Shown here: one piece after another, positions 33,639-35,937 of the stretch
Numbering within the stretch: position 1 is the first letter of the stretch
Layout of the letters: each line of letters starts with the position of its first letter
IMG/VR virus record: IMGVR_UViG_3300031965_000094
Coordinates: 1 to 35,937 of that record
Length of the DNA: 35,937 nt
From: a virus
Lineage: Duplodnaviria; Caudoviricetes
Strand: one strand, 5' to 3'
The notes under the pieces: model-generated
Database searches by the model: none
Seen by the model: only the letters and a program-made list of their open reading frames with translations
Told to the model about the DNA's origin: nothing
Position numbers and translations under genes: made by a program

Positions 33639-34610
33639 ATGGGAGACGTCAAGCATCAATGGGGAGTCGGTGAGCAGGTCGATTGGGATACTCCGATCAC
33701 ACCTAACCGGTTCTTCGAGTTCGTTTCGGAGACACACCAGCACGAACGCAACATCGCCGTATCTCAGGGCATCCGCTCAGGCCGCAAATATGGCGGGCAG
33801 GGACGAAGAGAAACCCGGCGGTGGGCAACCGGCACGCTCAACACCGAGGTCGCCACCAGCGGCTTCGGCCTTTTCTTCAAGCACTTGCTTGGAGATGTAG
33901 CGACAGTCGAGGACGAGGTCGGTGATGCGTGGACCCACACCTTCACCCCTGACTCTGCTGCTCTGGTCGATACCGGGCTCACCCTCCAAAAGGGTGTGAT
34001 GCGCTTCGATAGGACTGTCGAGCAGTTCACCTACCCGGGGTCGAAGGTCGTCTCGGCGGACTTCAGTATCGACCAGGACGGGCTCTTGATGTGCAGCTTC
34101 GAGTTCTTGTCCCGCGAGGAGGAGACGACCACCGCCCTGGCTTCGGCATCCTACGCCACACCCAAGATCTTCACCTATTCCGAGGGAGCGGTGAAGGTCG
34201 ACTCGGTGACAATGGCGAACGTCCGGTCTGTCGGGTCGCTGCAAATCGGCAACAACCTCGAACAGCGCTGGTTCCTGGGAAGTCAGGGATTGATGAGCGA
34301 ACCGGTCAACGTGCCCTTTGACACCCTCGCCGGCAACCTCGATGTCGAGTTCCAGAACAACACCGACTTTTACGACCTGTTCATTGCGGACACCTCCGCG
34401 GAGCTGGTCCTCGAGTTCGTCGGGGACATCATCGCAGGGACCACCAGCGAAACGTTGCGGATAACCATTGCCGACACCCGCTTTGAAGGTGAGACCCCGA
34501 AGGTTGGCGGAACCGAGTTGGTGTATCAGGGTGTCCCGTTTATCGGGTTGGACCCGGCGACGGGCGCCGCGGTCACCATCGAATATACGACCGACACAGC
34601 TCTCCCGTAA
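33639..34610 (+). CDS. Major tail tube protein
   Basis: AAGGAG RBS; THTFTP, LTLQKG, YPGSKV, GNNL motifs. Confidence 0.85.
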   Translation: MGDVKHQWGVGEQVDWDTPITPNRFFEFVSETHQHERNIAVSQGIRSGRKYGGQGRRETRRWATGTLNTEVATSGFGLFFKHLLGDVATVEDEVGDAWTHTFTPDSAALVDTGLTLQKGVMRFDRTVEQFTYPGSKVVSADFSIDQDGLLMCSFEFLSREEETTTALASASYATPKIFTYSEGAVKVDSVTMANVRSVGSLQIGNNLEQRWFLGSQGLMSEPVNVPFDTLAGNLDVEFQNNTDFYDLFIADTSAELVLEFVGDIIAGTTSETLRITIADTRFEGETPKVGGTELVYQGVPFIGLDPATGAAVTIEYTTDTALP

Positions 34611-34997
34611 ATGCCTGATCCGGGAGTGAAGGTCGAGGGGCTAAAGCTCCTCAACCGGAACCTGAAGAAGATCTCAACCGACTACGTCAAAGAGCTGAAG
34701 ACCATTCACCAGAAGGTGTCCGAACCGGTTGCGGTCCTCGCATCTCGCAAGGTCCGTTCGCGTAGCGGTCGGCTTGCTGCGTCGATCAAGGCCGGGGCCA
34801 CTCAGAAGGGTGGACACATCCAGGCCGGTCGGATGACGTTGCCTTACGCCGCGGTCAACCATTGGGGTGGCTACCCGGGCGACTACCAGGGCAACCCGTT
34901 CCTGACTGACGCCCTCGAAGAGTTGGAGGACAGCATCGTGAGGGACTGGGTTGACCTGACGAACAGATGGCTAGAGAGGGTGTGGATTGACTCATGA
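34611..34997 (+). CDS. HK97 gp10-like tail completion protein
   Basis: VKVEGLK, RSGRLAASIK, PYA..HWG, NPFL motifs. Confidence 0.8.
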   Translation: MPDPGVKVEGLKLLNRNLKKISTDYVKELKTIHQKVSEPVAVLASRKVRSRSGRLAASIKAGATQKGGHIQAGRMTLPYAAVNHWGGYPGDYQGNPFLTDALEELEDSIVRDWVDLTNRWLERVWIDS

Positions 34998-35302
34998 GCG
35001 ATCCAGAGGCTGCTATCGCTGAAATCGTCGGGGGGATGCGCCTCGAAGTAGAGATGGTTGACGGAACGGTCCACACCGTACCCATCGATCTCGATTTCTC
35101 GTCGATGAGCGTGGACGAATCTGAGCTGGGTATGAGTATTGGCGGTGGCAACGCGGGCAGGGTTGCCGCCGCTTTTGTCGCGCTCAAAGCCAACCAGACC
35201 CTGCACCTTTCCGAAGAGGATCTGACCGAGGTGATCGACGTGCTCGCCGGGCTCATGGACGGCGACGAAACCAACCTGGTCGTGGAGGGTGCTCTTGGCT
35301 AA
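34994..35302 (+). CDS. Probable tail assembly chaperone
   Basis: Acidic 102-aa protein directly before the tape measure gene. Confidence 0.55.
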   Translation: MSDPEAAIAEIVGGMRLEVEMVDGTVHTVPIDLDFSSMSVDESELGMSIGGGNAGRVAAAFVALKANQTLHLSEEDLTEVIDVLAGLMDGDETNLVVEGALG

Positions 35303-35937
35303 GAACACTGTAAGAGTCAACGTAGTTGGTGATGCTTCGTCGCTGAAACGGGCGATGGGCGAAGCGGAGAAGTCGACAGAGAAGGCCGGGGCAGGGTTCT
35401 CCACCTTCGCCAAGATTGCTGTCACCGCTCTGGCCGTCAAAGCGTTGGGAGCTGTCAAGGACTTCGTCGGGGACTCCAAGCGTGCCTTCGTTGACCTCAA
35501 CGAATCGCTGAACGCTGTTCAGGTCACCTACGGCAAGCACGCCGAAGGGATCAAGCAGCTTGGTCGGGAAGCAGCTACCGGGTTGGGTCTCTCCAACGCC
35601 GAGTTCAACTCTTTCGCCGTTTCTATTTCAGCTTTCGCCAAGCAGATCGCCGGTGACAACGGCGACGTGATCGGGACGGTCAAGGACCTAACCGCCAGGG
35701 TGTCCGACTTCGCCTCGGTGATGAACCTCGAAGTCAACGATGCTGCTCGACTCTTTCAATCCGGTCTCGCTGGTGAGTCCGAACCGCTCCGCAAGTACGG
35801 CATCGACGTAGCCGCGGCGACGGTAGAGACCTTCGCTTACGCCAACGGCATCGCCGAGGTCGGAACGAAGCTGACCGAGGGCCAGAAGGTCCAAGCCCGG
35901 TATGGGTCGATCATGGCCCAGACCGCTCAGGTGCAAG
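35295..35937 (+). CDS. Tail tape measure protein, N-terminal part
   Basis: TTG start with GGAGG RBS; MAKNTVRVNVVGDASSL...SGLAGESEPLRKYGI; open to the end and in frame with base 1. Confidence 0.9.
   Translation, partial: MAKNTVRVNVVGDASSLKRAMGEAEKSTEKAGAGFSTFAKIAVTALAVKALGAVKDFVGDSKRAFVDLNESLNAVQVTYGKHAEGIKQLGREAATGLGLSNAEFNSFAVSISAFAKQIAGDNGDVIGTVKDLTARVSDFASVMNLEVNDAARLFQSGLAGESEPLRKYGIDVAAATVETFAYANGIAEVGTKLTEGQKVQARYGSIMAQTAQVQ
35811..35937. repeat. Terminal direct repeat, right copy (circular assembly overlap)
   Basis: Exact copy of 1-127. Confidence 0.95.

Noticed and set aside
34994-35302. Programmed G/GT frameshift in the tail chaperone
   Set aside because: No slippery heptamer seen and no room for an extension before the tape measure start.
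35811-35937. 127-bp repeat as biological terminal repeat
   Set aside because: It lies within the tape measure gene and matches an assembler k-mer overlap.

Overview
The window is a complete, circularly assembled temperate siphovirus-type phage genome of about 35,810 bp; bases 35811-35937 repeat bases 1-127 exactly, and the tape-measure gene is split across the junction. The host is probably a non-mycolic actinobacterium (WhiB gene, actinobacterial-type amidase and r1t holin, no lysin B seen). Module order: tail end, an antisense BNR-4 lipoprotein moron, lysis, a Xer-like tyrosine recombinase plus repressor/Cro switch, an early region with three DNA methyltransferases, SLT, WhiB, exonuclease, SSB, RepA-like helicase and resolvase, small-gene cassettes, then kinase/HNH, terminase, HK97-type head and tail. 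The most notable signals are: (1) a C5 methyltransferase gene carrying two nested +1-frame genes (a beta-like subunit and an HNH endonuclease with its own leaderless promoter) while its own frame stays open; (2) a repressor ending in an ssrA-like LAAA tag with a dif-like 11-6-11 site inside its 3' end, next to a Xer-type recombinase; (3) an antisense moron with a sigma28-like promoter, a leader micro-ORF and a candidate cis-antisense RNA; (4) a kinase and packaging HNH separated only by an in-frame amber codon in a hairpin, with a terminase nuclease domain that looks degenerate; (5) small genes flanked by gene-boundary direct repeats. All family calls come from motif recognition by eye; no database searches were run.
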